From an uncultured Campylobacter sp. (GTDB lineage Bacteria; Campylobacterota; Campylobacteria; Campylobacterales; Campylobacteraceae), in NCBI RefSeq assembly GCF_937981295.1, contig NZ_CALJPC010000095.1:10478-74477 (forward strand): 64,000 nt of DNA, given 5' to 3'. This document shows, piece after piece, positions 1 through 10,459 of the stretch. Position numbers and translations under genes: made by a program. The notes beneath the pieces are model-generated. The model saw only the letters and a program-made list of their open reading frames with translations. It ran no database searches and was not told the origin of the DNA. Position 1 is the stretch's first letter; each line of letters opens with the position of its first letter.

Positions 1-419
1 ATACCCCTGACGGCATCGAGAAGGTGCTAAATGCACTGCGTGTAAGTGGCGAGATTATCGCGGTTTTTGGTGCGGGAGGCGATCGCGACCACGGCAAGCG
101 TCCGAAAATGGGCGCCATCGCCGAGCACTTTGCCAAAATTTGCATCGTCACGAGCGATAATCCGCGTAGCGAGGATCCGGATGAGATCATCGAGCAGATT
201 TGCGCCGGCATGCGCCGAAAAGATAAAATTTTAAAGATCGCGGATCGCAAAGAGGCGATCGCGCGCGCGCTAGATCTTGCCAAAAACGGCGAGATGATCG
301 CTATTTTGGGCAAGGGAGACGAGACTTACCAGGAGATCAAGGGCGTGAAGCACCCCTTCAGCGACAAGCAGGTCGTGAGCGAGCTCATCGCGGCGCGAGG
401 CGGGTCAAATTTAGACTAA
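1..419 (+). CDS. murE: UDP-N-acetylmuramoyl-tripeptide synthetase MurE, 3' part (runs in from left edge)
   Basis: Frame open from window start: [30 protein letters not shown] (DNPR meso-DAP motif), [10 protein letters not shown]. Confidence 0.93.
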   Translation, partial: TPDGIEKVLNALRVSGEIIAVFGAGGDRDHGKRPKMGAIAEHFAKICIVTSDNPRSEDPDEIIEQICAGMRRKDKILKIADRKEAIARALDLAKNGEMIAILGKGDETYQEIKGVKHPFSDKQVVSELIAARGGSNLD

Positions 420-435
420 ATTTAAAGGACGGCCG

Positions 436-783
436 ATGAAAATCGAAATTTTATCAAGCAAAATCCACCGCGCGCGCGTGACGGATGCCAACCTAAACTA
501 CGTGGGCTCCATTACGATCGGGCCCGAACTCATCGAGGCTGCAGGGCTTTGCGAATATCAAAAGGTCGAGATCCTAAACGTCAATAACGGCGAGCGCTTC
601 GCTACATACGTGATCCGCGGCGAGAAAAAGGGCGAGATCTGCCTAAACGGCGCGGCCGCGCGCAAAGTCTGCGTCGGTGACATCGTCATCATCGTAGCCT
701 ACGCTCAGATGAGCGTCAAAAAAGCGAGAGATTTCGAGCCAAAAATCGTGCAGGTAAACGAAAAAAACCAAATAACGGAGTAA
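436..783 (+). CDS. panD: Aspartate 1-decarboxylase
   Basis: [18 protein letters not shown] (G-S autocleavage site), [24 protein letters not shown]. Confidence 0.97.
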   Translation: MKIEILSSKIHRARVTDANLNYVGSITIGPELIEAAGLCEYQKVEILNVNNGERFATYVIRGEKKGEICLNGAAARKVCVGDIVIIVAYAQMSVKKARDFEPKIVQVNEKNQITE

Positions 784-785
784 AG

Positions 786-1115
786 ATGTTTGAAGGAATG
801 GATTTTTCGAAAATGGGGCAGATGCTCGATCAGATGCAGGCCAAGGCTAAGCAGATCGAGGAGGAGAATGCGAGCAAGGAATTTACCGTAAAATCGGGCG
901 CGGGCATGGTCGCCATCAGGCTAAACGGCGCAGGCGAAGTGCTCGATCTCAGCATCGACGACAGCCTTTTTGGCGATAAGGAAAGCCTGCAGATACTACT
1001 GATCTCAGCGATAGGCGACGCGATAAAACTCGTCGAAAATGAAAAGAAGGGCGCCGCAGCATCCATGCTAGGAGGGCTCGGCGGCCTAGGCGATCTGCTC
1101 GGCGATAAGGGCTAA
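786..1115 (+). CDS. YbaB/EbfC nucleoid-associated protein
   Basis: 109 aa, QMQAKA..KSGAGMVAIRLNGAGEVLDLSID pattern. Confidence 0.9.
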   Translation: MFEGMDFSKMGQMLDQMQAKAKQIEEENASKEFTVKSGAGMVAIRLNGAGEVLDLSIDDSLFGDKESLQILLISAIGDAIKLVENEKKGAAASMLGGLGGLGDLLGDKG

Positions 1116-1702
1116 GCGTAGTTCAAAAATGGTGAAAATAAGCTTTTTATATAGAATGGCTGTTTTGCTTAGCGAACGGTTTGGATTTTACGGAGCGAGC
1201 GGCTTCTGTAGCAAACTAAATGAAGCCCGATTTTATAAGGCGGCGTTAATTTAGATTTTTGTGGCGATACGGTTTGCATAAAGCACAGCTTGCTTGATTT
1301 GACGCTAGGTTATTAAATTTCAACCTTAGCAAATCGGTCAAATTTAATGGGTGGCGTGAGGGCAAATTCTAAAATTTCGGCGAGCTGCTACGCTGCGGCG
1401 CAAAGTAAAATTTAGCTCGCACGGCTTAAATGCAAAGCGGGCGAGCCATTGCGCGACATCCGCGAGCAAATCTAGCTAAGATGCGGCTCAAAAAAGCGGA
1501 GCATCCTTCGCCGCACGCACTGCGTAAAGCTAGGGAATTAAAATTTAAAATTTTAAGCGGCATGATTGCTTTTACGCGGCGTACAAACGGCTCACGACAA
1601 CAAAGTCTAAGCTGCGCGACAAAAAGGCATTTGAAGGGCGCGAATTTGCATTCGTCAAGGGCGCGCCCAAGCAGAGCAAATCAAAACCGCAAGGTAGGAT
1701 CG

Positions 1703-2554
1703 ATGGATATTTTAGAAAAATTTAAAGATTACTTGAAGCGCAACGAGCTGAAGGCGCCGAGCTTTCATCCGTACTTCGAGGAGGCGCTCAATTACATGCT
1801 GCAAGCGGGCGGTAAGCACTTTCGCGCGCAGCTGCTACTAGGCGTCGTCTCGGCGGTGGATGAGCGGCGCTTTGAGGGCGCGCTGGCGATCGCGATGGCG
1901 CTTGAGATGATCCACACCTACTCGCTCATACACGATGATCTGCCCGCGATGGACGATGCGGATCTGCGCCGCGGACGGCCGAGCCTGCATAAAAAATACG
2001 ACGAGGTCACGGCGATTTTGGTGGGCGACGCGCTAAATACCGACGCGTTTTTGATCGCCGCGAGCGCGAACCTAAGCGACGAGATCAAGATAAAATGCAT
2101 TAAAACTCTAGCGCGAAATGCAGGCAGCAGCGGCATGGTGCTGGGCCAGGCGATCGATTGCCGTTTTGAAAACAGCCCGCTAAAGCAAAGCGAGCTTGAG
2201 TTTTTACATCTGCACAAAACGGGCGCGCTCATCGCTGCGGCGTTTGAGCTAGGCGCCATAATCGGCGGGCTAAATGACGAGCTCGCGCATGAGCTTTATA
2301 AGATCGGGCTGAAGCTAGGTCTTATATTTCAGATCAAGGATGACATCATCGACGCCACGGGCGACGAAGCAAGCGCGGGCAAGCCCGTAGGGGCGGACGG
2401 CGCGAAAAATTCCTTCGTAAATTTACTCGGACTTGCGGGTGCCAGAAGCTACAAGCAGCGCCTAATAGGCGAGGTAAGCGGCGCGATGAGCGGCTATGAT
2501 GCGAGCCTACGCGATTTGGTTTTAAATTTGATAGAAAAATACCTGAAAGGATGA
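1703..2554 (+). CDS. ispA: Polyprenyl synthetase / geranyltranstransferase
   Basis: GGKHFR, HTYSLIHDDLPAMDDADLRRG, FQIKDDIID; start placed at ATG 1703 behind AGGTAGGA. Confidence 0.92.
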   Translation: MDILEKFKDYLKRNELKAPSFHPYFEEALNYMLQAGGKHFRAQLLLGVVSAVDERRFEGALAIAMALEMIHTYSLIHDDLPAMDDADLRRGRPSLHKKYDEVTAILVGDALNTDAFLIAASANLSDEIKIKCIKTLARNAGSSGMVLGQAIDCRFENSPLKQSELEFLHLHKTGALIAAAFELGAIIGGLNDELAHELYKIGLKLGLIFQIKDDIIDATGDEASAGKPVGADGAKNSFVNLLGLAGARSYKQRLIGEVSGAMSGYDASLRDLVLNLIEKYLKG

Positions 2555-2557
2555 AAA

Positions 2558-4486
2558 ATGTCGAGCGAGCAGCTAAGTAAAATTTCAAACACGATCAAAT
2601 TTCTAAGCGCGGATATGATCCAAAGCGCCAACTCAGGCCATCCCGGCACGCCGATGGGGCTAAGCGACGTAATGAGCGTCTTTATGAGCAAGGTATGCCA
2701 CAATCCCAAAAATCCCGCGTGGCTGAACCGCGACCGCGTCGTATTCTCAGGCGGGCACGCAAGCGCGCTCGTGTATAGCTACCTCTATCTTAGCGGATAC
2801 GATTTGAGCATGGACGATCTCAAAAGCTTCAGGCGTCTACACTCTAAAACTCCCGGTCACCCGGAGATCGCTACCCCGGGCGTCGAGATCGCTACCGGAC
2901 CGCTCGGACAGGGCGTCGCAAACGCGGTCGGATTTGCGATGGCCGCGAAATACGCCGCACATCTGCTCAACGAGGGAGGAAACGAGATTATCGATCACCG
3001 CGTCTATTGCTTCTGCGGCGACGGCGATCTGCAGGAGGGTATCAGCTACGAAGCGTGCGCGCTTGCGGGCAGACACAACCTCGATAATCTCACGATAATC
3101 TATGATTCTAATGGCATCACGATCGACGGCGGCACCGATATCGCGTGGTTTGAGGACGTAAAGGTGCGATTTGAAGCGCAGGGCTTTGAGGTCGCGCGCA
3201 TCGACGGGCATAATTTCGATCAGATAGAATTCGTCCTTGACGAGGTCAAAAATAAAACCAAACCCTACCTCATCATCGCAAATACCACGATCGGCAAGGG
3301 CGCGCTCGAGCTTGAGGGCACGGCCAAGACGCACGGCGCTCCGCTTGGAGAGGAGCTGCTTGCGCGCGCTAAGCAAAATCTAGGCTTTGATCCCGCTCAA
3401 AGCTTCGTCGTAAGCGAGGACGTGCTTTTTGCGACGCGGGCTGCGATCGAGAAGGGTGATTTGGAGGAGCGGCTTTGGAAAGAGAAGCTTGCGAAGCTAA
3501 GCGATGAAAAAAGAGCGCTTTTAAACGAGCTTTTAAATCCCGATTTTAGCAAGATAGAATTCCCTGATTTTAGCGGGCTTAAGGTCGCCACGCGCGATAG
3601 CAACGGTAAAATTTTAAACGCCATCGCAAACGCGGTGCCCGGCTTTTTGGGCGGAAGCGCCGATTTGGCGGCGTCTAATAAGACCGAGCTTAAAGGTGGC
3701 GGCGACTTTCCTTGCGGCAAAAATCTACACTTCGGCATCCGCGAGCACGCGATGGCGGCGATCGGCAACGCCTTCGCGAGATACGGGCTTTTCATTCCGT
3801 TCAGCGCGACGTTTTTTATCTTCAGCGACTATCTCAAGACTGGCGCGCGACTCGCGGCGCTGATGGGCTTGCGCCACTATTTCGTCTTCACGCACGACAG
3901 CATCGGCGTGGGCGAGGACGGGCCGACGCACGAGCCTATCGAGCAGCTTAGCACCTTCCGCGCGATGCCAGACTTCTACACTTTCCGTCCCGCAGACGGC
4001 AACGAAAACGTAAAATGCTGGCGCACGGCGCTTTCCCTGAATGCCCCCGCGGCGTTCGTCTGCTCGCGTCAGGGGCTTGAGCCGCTGCCTAAGGCGGTTT
4101 TGGGCGACGTGCAAAACGGCGCGTATCTGCTAAGGCAGAGCAAAGAGGCGCAGATCACGCTCATCGCAAGCGGCAGCGAAGTCTCGCTCTGCCTAAAAGC
4201 GGCGGCGATCCTGCAAGAGCAAGGCATCGGCGCAAACGTCGTAAGCGCGCCGTGCTTCGAGCTTTTGTGCGAACAGGACGCTGACTATCTGGCGCAAATC
4301 CTGCAGGCGCAAACTAAAATTTTAGCCGTCGAAGCCGCAAGCGCGCTTGAGTGGTATAAATTTGCAGACGCGGTACACGGCATGCAAAGCTTCGGCGAAA
4401 GCGGCAACGCGAGCGAGCTATTTAAGCTTTTCGGCTTCACCGACGTTGCGATCGCAAAGCAGGCCAGAGAGCTTTTAGAGCAGTAG
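2558..4486 (+). CDS. tkt: Transketolase
   Basis: SGHPG, TPGHPE, GDGDLQEG ThDP motif, THDSIGVGEDGPTH. Confidence 0.98.
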   Translation: MSSEQLSKISNTIKFLSADMIQSANSGHPGTPMGLSDVMSVFMSKVCHNPKNPAWLNRDRVVFSGGHASALVYSYLYLSGYDLSMDDLKSFRRLHSKTPGHPEIATPGVEIATGPLGQGVANAVGFAMAAKYAAHLLNEGGNEIIDHRVYCFCGDGDLQEGISYEACALAGRHNLDNLTIIYDSNGITIDGGTDIAWFEDVKVRFEAQGFEVARIDGHNFDQIEFVLDEVKNKTKPYLIIANTTIGKGALELEGTAKTHGAPLGEELLARAKQNLGFDPAQSFVVSEDVLFATRAAIEKGDLEERLWKEKLAKLSDEKRALLNELLNPDFSKIEFPDFSGLKVATRDSNGKILNAIANAVPGFLGGSADLAASNKTELKGGGDFPCGKNLHFGIREHAMAAIGNAFARYGLFIPFSATFFIFSDYLKTGARLAALMGLRHYFVFTHDSIGVGEDGPTHEPIEQLSTFRAMPDFYTFRPADGNENVKCWRTALSLNAPAAFVCSRQGLEPLPKAVLGDVQNGAYLLRQSKEAQITLIASGSEVSLCLKAAAILQEQGIGANVVSAPCFELLCEQDADYLAQILQAQTKILAVEAASALEWYKFADAVHGMQSFGESGNASELFKLFGFTDVAIAKQARELLEQ

Positions 4487-4501
4487 CGGAAAGGGTAAAA
4501 T

Positions 4502-4924
4502 TTGAGCGAAAAAATCAAAATTTCATATTTAGACGGATTTAAAATTTACGGGTTAAAAGCCCGCACGAAAAACGCGGACGAGCTAGGTGGAAGCGGCAAA
4601 ATTCCCGCGCTGTGGGCAAAATTTATGAAAGAGTGCTATGACGGGCAGAGCGAGATCTACGGCGTCTATTATGATTACGAAGACGGCAACGACGGGCTTT
4701 ACGATATATTTATCGGCACCAAAGCGCCCCGCAGCGACGAAACCTTGGAGATCAAAAGCGGCAAATACGCCGTTTTTAGTTTCCCAAATGAGCCGCAAAA
4801 CGTAGCAAAGTTTTGGAGTAAAATTTGGAGCTTTTTTGAGGCCGGCGAACTAAAAAGAGCGTTTGGAACGGATTTTGAGTTTTACGGCGGAGACGAGATC
4901 AAAATTTTTATCTCGGTTTTGTAG
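4502..4924 (+). CDS. GyrI-like / AraC effector-binding domain protein
   Basis: GLKARTKN..KIPALWAKF..IYGVYYDY..GKYAVF..RAFGTDFEFY; TTG start. Confidence 0.75.
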   Translation: MSEKIKISYLDGFKIYGLKARTKNADELGGSGKIPALWAKFMKECYDGQSEIYGVYYDYEDGNDGLYDIFIGTKAPRSDETLEIKSGKYAVFSFPNEPQNVAKFWSKIWSFFEAGELKRAFGTDFEFYGGDEIKIFISVL

Positions 4925-4946
4925 GGCGGCGCATGAAATTTATAAA

Positions 4947-4970
4947 CGGCGAGTGATTTTTCACCGCCGC
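4947..4970 (+). terminator. Hairpin after tkt operon
   Basis: CGGCG(A)GTGA-tttt-TCACCGCCG, imperfect stem, no clear U-tract. Confidence 0.35.
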
Positions 4971-5213
4971 GACGATAAGCTTTTGCGTAAAATTTCATCC
5001 ATAAAGCGGTAAAATTCCGTGCCTAAAACTACGCGCGAAAATAAATTTTATGCCGAAAGCCGCGCCGTACCTTAAGCCGTAGATTTAAAATGAAATCTAA
5101 ATTTGCGCCGTTAAATTTCAACCCCCGCTCGCAAAATCAGGCGAAATTTCGCGCGGAATTTCATTTTTAAATCTGTTATTAAGCCATTTTTGGCTTAAAT
5201 TACATTTTTATTC

Positions 5214-5301
5214 GGGTAGATGTCCGAGCGGTCGAAGGAGCGCGCCTCGAAAGCGCGTAAGGCGTCAGCCTTCTAGGGTTCGAATCCCTATCTACCCGCC
5301 A
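5214..5301 (+). tRNA. tRNA-Ser (anticodon CGA)
   Basis: Acceptor GGGTAGA/TCTACCC, anticodon arm CGCGC-CTCGAAA-GCGCG, long variable arm AAGGC-GTCA-GCCTT, T-loop TTCGAAT, 3' GCCA. Confidence 0.96.
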
Positions 5302-5336
5302 TTCATTCAAATTTCACCCAATACTTTGGAGTTAAG

Positions 5337-5885
5337 ATGAGCAATAAACTCCTTTCGATGAGCCTGCAAGAGCTGTGGCGGCTCTTTCCGATACGTCTCG
5401 TGCCGCACGATCCGCGCTGGGGCGAATACTTTAGGCAGGAGCGCGAAATTCTGCGCGGCCTGCTGCAAGATCATGGCGAGATCAAGATCCACCATATCGG
5501 CAGCACCGCGGTAAGCGGGATCTGGGCGAAGCCGATCGTAGATATTTTGATCGAATGCTCGGATATTGCCGCCGCCAAACAGCGCCTGGTAGAGGCCGGC
5601 TATCTGCTAATGAGCGAAAAGGGGAGCCGCTGCAGCCTAAATAAGGGCTACACCGAAGCGGGATTTGCCGAGCGCGTTTTTCACGTACATCTACGAAATT
5701 TCGGCGATGCGGATGAGATATTTTTTAGAGATTTTTTGCGGGCGAATGCGGATATCGCCGCGCGGTACGAGGCGCTTAAATTAGAGCTTTGCAAGCGATT
5801 CGAGTTCAACCGCGACGCCTATACTGCGGCAAAAAGCGAATTTGTGCTTGAGCTTACGCGTATCGCTAAAGAAAATCTAAAATAG
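5337..5885 (+). CDS. GrpB/UPF0157 family nucleotidyltransferase-fold protein
   Basis: IHHIGSTAV.GIWAKPIVDI, FHVHL, FFRDFLR, RDAYTAAKSEFV. Confidence 0.88.
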   Translation: MSNKLLSMSLQELWRLFPIRLVPHDPRWGEYFRQEREILRGLLQDHGEIKIHHIGSTAVSGIWAKPIVDILIECSDIAAAKQRLVEAGYLLMSEKGSRCSLNKGYTEAGFAERVFHVHLRNFGDADEIFFRDFLRANADIAARYEALKLELCKRFEFNRDAYTAAKSEFVLELTRIAKENLK

Positions 5886-6297
5886 TCGCGCAAATTTATC
5901 ATCTGCGTAGAAGGTCGCTTCCCAAGAGCGATAAAACGTCCAAATTTTATAAACGAAACGGGCGGATAGCGCCGCACCTTACAGGCTAATTTCTATAAAT
6001 TTTGACCGTAATTTCAAATTTAAGAGGCGGCCGTCCAGCTATCGACAGATAAAATTTTAAAAATCCAACTAACGGCAAAGTCGCCCATAAAATGCGCTGT
6101 ATCACCTATCGCCGTATCATACCGCAAACGAAAGGTGTTCCCGCGCTTCGTTACAAGTTTAAATTTAAAAGCCTACGCGTCGTTAAATTTTTAGAATTTC
6201 ACCAAAAACAAACTCACAAACTCGCTAAATTTAAAGCGGCGAAAATTTTAAATTCCTCGCCGCTAGCTAGCCACACAAATCCGTCTGGCGCTTAAAT

Positions 6298-7383
6298 TTA
6301 ATGATCGCTCTTCAGCCCCGCGCCGCAAAGCGGGATGATGCTATCTCCTTGTAGATCGTGGCTTTCTTTGTAGCGCAGATACGCCGCATAGGTAGCCGCG
6401 GTCGTGTGCTCGACGTAAAATCCGCCGCGCGCAAGCGCCGCTCTGGCAGGCAGTATATCGCTCTCGCTCGCCAAGATCACCTCGCGCTCGCCAGCGTAGC
6501 TAGAGCCAAGAATTTCGCCCGCGCGCATCGGTCTTGCGATCGCGATGCCCTCCGCTAGCGTCGGCTGCGGCCTGGTCTCGCGCGCCACAGCTTCAGCACC
6601 GAAAAGCGGAGCGCAAAGCTCGCCCTGAACGATGAAAATTTTTGGCAGCGCTTCGATAAGACCGCCCTCATATAGCTCGCCCAGCGCTGCTTGAGCGCCC
6701 AGCAGTAGCGTGCCGTTGCCCACGGGGATAAAGATATTGCGCGGCACCCTGCCCAGCTGCTCGTAGATCTCATAAATGTAGCTCTTTGTCCCCTCGTAAA
6801 AGATCGGATTATAAACGTGGTTGGCATAATAAATTTGCTCGCTCACGGCCTTTTTGCGGCACGCATCCGCCGTCTCGTCGCGGCTGCCGTCAAATACCGT
6901 GACGTGCGCGCCGTGGCTTTTGATCATATCAATCTTTTTGGGAGACGTGCCCTTCGGGACGTAAATTTCACACTCGATGCCCGCACGAGCGCAGTACGCC
7001 GCCACGGCGTTGCCCGCGTTACCGCTGGAGTCTTGCAGCACCTTTTTCACGCCGATATTTTTGGCATGCAGCACCAAAACCGCCGCGCCGCGGTCTTTAA
7101 ACGAAAGCGTAGGCATCGCGTAATCGAGCTTGAGGTAGAGGTCTTCGCCGAATTTCACACTCGCCGTGAGCCCCTCGCCCATCGAAATTTCTTTAAATTT
7201 AGTCGTGTTGATACCCATAAACCTGCGGTATCTAAAGATGCTAAACTCGCTTTGATCTACGAGCGCGGGGTGAAATTTAGGCGCATCGGAGTTTAGCTTA
7301 TACAGCCCACCGCAGTCGCATTTATAGCTCAAAGTATCGATGGACGCGTGCTTGCCGCAGCCCGTGCAGATGAAATCGCTCAT
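6298..7383 (-). CDS. PLP-dependent threonine synthase-like enzyme (fold type II) with N-terminal Cys knuckles
   Basis: CTGCG..CDCGG, SMGEGLT, PTLSFKDRG (PLP Lys), DSSGNAG, PVGNGTLL; start at ATG 7383 after AGGAG. Confidence 0.85.
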   Translation of the reverse strand: MSDFICTGCGKHASIDTLSYKCDCGGLYKLNSDAPKFHPALVDQSEFSIFRYRRFMGINTTKFKEISMGEGLTASVKFGEDLYLKLDYAMPTLSFKDRGAAVLVLHAKNIGVKKVLQDSSGNAGNAVAAYCARAGIECEIYVPKGTSPKKIDMIKSHGAHVTVFDGSRDETADACRKKAVSEQIYYANHVYNPIFYEGTKSYIYEIYEQLGRVPRNIFIPVGNGTLLLGAQAALGELYEGGLIEALPKIFIVQGELCAPLFGAEAVARETRPQPTLAEGIAIARPMRAGEILGSSYAGEREVILASESDILPARAALARGGFYVEHTTAATYAAYLRYKESHDLQGDSIIPLCGAGLKSDH

Positions 7384-7391
7384 TTTAGCTC

Positions 7392-7778
7392 CTACTTTTT
7401 CTCTTTTATTTTTGCGACGGCCTCGATCTCTACGAGGCAGCCGAAGTGCAGAGCCGTAGTCGGCACCACGACGCGGGCGGGCTTGTGTGCGCCGAAAAAT
7501 AGAGCGTACTGCTCGTCGATCACGTCCCAATTCGCGACGTTAGGCGTATAGACGCGGCACATCCGCACGTCGTTTTTATCCGCACCTGCGGCGGCCAGCA
7601 CTGCCGCGACATTGCTTAGAGCCTGCGCGGTCTGCTCAGCAAGACCCTCCAGGATAGCTCCCGTGCGCGGATCCACGCTTAGCTGCCCCGAGACGTAGAG
7701 CGTACCGTCGTCGTCTAAGATACCCGGCGCATAGTGTGCCTTTTTCGGCGCGAAACCGGTTGGATAAATCTCTTTCAT
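7392..7778 (-). CDS. RidA/YjgF/UK114 family imine deaminase
   Basis: LYVSGQL, FFGAHKPAR (catalytic Arg), LVEIEAVA; RBS AAGGAG. Confidence 0.92.
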   Translation of the reverse strand: MKEIYPTGFAPKKAHYAPGILDDDGTLYVSGQLSVDPRTGAILEGLAEQTAQALSNVAAVLAAAGADKNDVRMCRVYTPNVANWDVIDEQYALFFGAHKPARVVVPTTALHFGCLVEIEAVAKIKEKK

Positions 7779-7959
7779 TTAAGCTCCTTGGCGTAGAATT
7801 TTTGAAATTTTATCTAAATTTCTAGATTTTATATGAAATTTTATAGACTTTGCGCCAGACTAGCGCTTTTCGGACCGAGCATTAAGCTCTTTGAAATTTT
7901 GAGACCCGCCGCTTGCATAGTGCAGCGGCGCGCAATATGTGCGGATAAAGGCAATCCGC

Positions 7960-9948
7960 CTATTCGAGCTCGTAGCCCTTCGCGCTTTTTAATTTCTCGT
8001 CATAATCGACTCCGTTAGCAATTCGCTTGCGTGAAGCATTAAAATCCACTCGTATCGGGCTTTTGCGCTCGTCAAACTCAAGTGGCGCGACACCGATGAT
8101 ATCTGCTAGCAGATGTGCCAAATCATCGCTCATAAAAGGCTTATCTTTCGCCGCAGCCAGCCTCTGCCATAGCGTAGCATGATCGCTCAAAAACTCGCGC
8201 GAGGCTATAAAAAGCAACGGAATTTCGTAAGTAAAGCGGCTCTCCATGCCGTGCCCAAGGCGTCCATTTTCGTATAAATTCTCGCCGTGATCGCTAAGAT
8301 AAACGATGAGGCTGTCATCACCCGAAAAAATTTTAAAAATTTCATTTATGACAAAATCGTTGTAAAGCACGCTGTTGTCGTAATACGCGACGACATCTTT
8401 CTGCTTGGAAGTAAGTTTTGCCTTTACATCCGCCGCACTAAACTTGCCAAATCCCTCGGGATAGCGCAGGCTATAATCCATATGGCTACCGATGAGATGG
8501 ATCACGTAGAAATTTCGCTCGCTCTGCCCCGCTTTCGCCTGATTTATGAGTGGAAGCAGCACTCCATCAGGCTTGATGCGGACGGTTTCGTAAAGATTGC
8601 TCTTTGAGAGGAAGGATTCCGCGTCCGCGCGATCGGCAGCGCTTTTAGCACTTAACGCATGTGCGCCGAAAGCCTCTTGATTGCTAATCCAAAAGGTGCG
8701 GTAGCCACTTAGCTTAAACATATCGATGATGCTGAGGTTGCGAAACCACGCCCTTTTGCGCTCGCTTTCGTAATCGCTGAAATTTAAAAGCCGCATCAGT
8801 ACCTGATTAGTCGTGCCGTAAGGCGAGATTGTATCGCCAAATTTTATCAGATTGCCGCTTGCTTCGAGACCCTCCAAAAGCGGTGTATTTTTAACGCCGT
8901 AGCCGTAGAGCGACATATGCCCGCGCTGCAAGCTCTCACCGATTATTAGGATGATATTTTTGACGCGAGACTTTTGCAAGGCGGGGTTTGTAGCGGCCTC
9001 AGGGTTTTTAGAATTTGAAATCACGCTGGGGCTTTGCGGCGTAGAATTTAAATTTACGCTGGAATTTTGCGCCTGGGCGTTTGATGCAGGCGCGGAATTT
9101 TCAGACGCGGAGCCCGAGGCGGCGCCTTGCGGATCTGAATTTGCGCCGCCTTTTAAAACGCCTTCGTTCACGCGCTTAGCCTCGTCATATCCGAGCTGCA
9201 CTTCGTGCATATCGGTGATGAAATTTTTATCGCTTAGATAATCTTTTAGCGTGAAGGCAAACTCCAGCGGGACGTATTGCGATAGCTTGGTTACAAAGCC
9301 GCGCTTGCCCTGAAAAGCTTTGACGGCGATATCCGCGCAAAAGATCGATCCATAGATAAGATAAAGCGCCGCTAGCAGCAATCTTAAGCGGCTATGCGCT
9401 TGCTCCTTCTCTCGCCGTCCTGCTCTTAGTGCCGCAAAGATGCAGCCGAGCAACGCCGCTAAATATAAAATCGTTGCCGGGTTAAGAAACTGCGAAACAA
9501 ACTCGCGCGTCTCGGCTGCGTCGGTATGGACGATCGCGTCGATCGCTACGACGTTGAAGCTTGAGTCGAAATTTACGATCAAAAATAAAGACGTGCTCGC
9601 AATCAGCGCAATTAACGCCAGTAGCACGAACGAAACAAGCTTAAAAAATCGCCCGCTAAGCAAATAGCAGAGGTGAAAGATGAGCAAATTTATGATGAAT
9701 ACCACGGGGAAACTCTCGGCGATGTAGGCAAAGATGGGACCGTTAATCTGATAATGTATCTTAGCCCAGCACGCGAGCAAGCATAGCACCGTCGCAAGCC
9801 AAAACACCCTCCACACGGGACGTTCGCGCAGCGCGGTAAAAAAGCCGCGGTCGATTTTCATAAGCAAGCGCGCTATGAGCCCACCCGCTTTCGTCTGCGC
9901 CGCAAGCTCGCCTATATTTGCCAGCGCTACATAAAATTTTTCTCTCAT
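7960..9948 (-). CDS. Phosphoethanolamine transferase (EptA/CptA-like, sulfatase fold)
   Basis: N-terminal TM helices, IILIIGESL, YGTTNQ (Thr nucleophile position), HLIGSH, YDNSVLYND, YLSDHGE; start at ATG 9948 is inferred. Confidence 0.88.
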   Translation of the reverse strand: MREKFYVALANIGELAAQTKAGGLIARLLMKIDRGFFTALRERPVWRVFWLATVLCLLACWAKIHYQINGPIFAYIAESFPVVFIINLLIFHLCYLLSGRFFKLVSFVLLALIALIASTSLFLIVNFDSSFNVVAIDAIVHTDAAETREFVSQFLNPATILYLAALLGCIFAALRAGRREKEQAHSRLRLLLAALYLIYGSIFCADIAVKAFQGKRGFVTKLSQYVPLEFAFTLKDYLSDKNFITDMHEVQLGYDEAKRVNEGVLKGGANSDPQGAASGSASENSAPASNAQAQNSSVNLNSTPQSPSVISNSKNPEAATNPALQKSRVKNIILIIGESLQRGHMSLYGYGVKNTPLLEGLEASGNLIKFGDTISPYGTTNQVLMRLLNFSDYESERKRAWFRNLSIIDMFKLSGYRTFWISNQEAFGAHALSAKSAADRADAESFLSKSNLYETVRIKPDGVLLPLINQAKAGQSERNFYVIHLIGSHMDYSLRYPEGFGKFSAADVKAKLTSKQKDVVAYYDNSVLYNDFVINEIFKIFSGDDSLIVYLSDHGENLYENGRLGHGMESRFTYEIPLLFIASREFLSDHATLWQRLAAAKDKPFMSDDLAHLLADIIGVAPLEFDERKSPIRVDFNASRKRIANGVDYDEKLKSAKGYELE

Positions 9949-10459
9949 TTTATCTTTCCTGCCTCGTACGAAGGGACGCGATGACGCGTACTTCACATAG
10001 CGCGACATATTTTCGCTTTAAAATCAAGGCGCAATCTTAGCCGCTTAAAGCTTTGAGCTTGCTTACTTGCGCGCCTTTACGCTTCAAATTTTACGGCTAA
10101 ATTTTAAAGATACGGGCGGGGGTTAGAATCGGATGACGGAATTTTGAGGCTAAATTTTAATTGAAAGCGGATCTAAGAGCGAAGCTACAAAACGAGGCTT
10201 TAAAAACAAAATGTATGAGCTAAAATCTCGGCTTTTAAAATTTTGCGGCCGGACCCCGCAAACCGTCGCAATAGATTTTAAAATTTCTAGTGCGATAAGC
10301 TTCAAACGGTCTTTGGATAAAATTTATGCATTAAGCGACTGGAGTAAAATTCTACGACACGAGCAGTGTAAAATTATCAAAGACCGATCGCGGGCAAAAT
10401 TTCGCACCGACAAAGTGAAAAAATTTTAACTAGGCTGAGCCAGCTTTTGCGCGGAAATT

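Noticed and set aside
1430..1702. 91-aa N-terminal extension of ispA in the ORF track
   Set aside because: Non-protein-like sequence; family similarity and an RBS begin at ATG 1703.
7384..7530. Extended start of the threonine synthase-like ORF
   Set aside because: Overlaps ridA in another frame; ATG 7383 has its own AGGAG.
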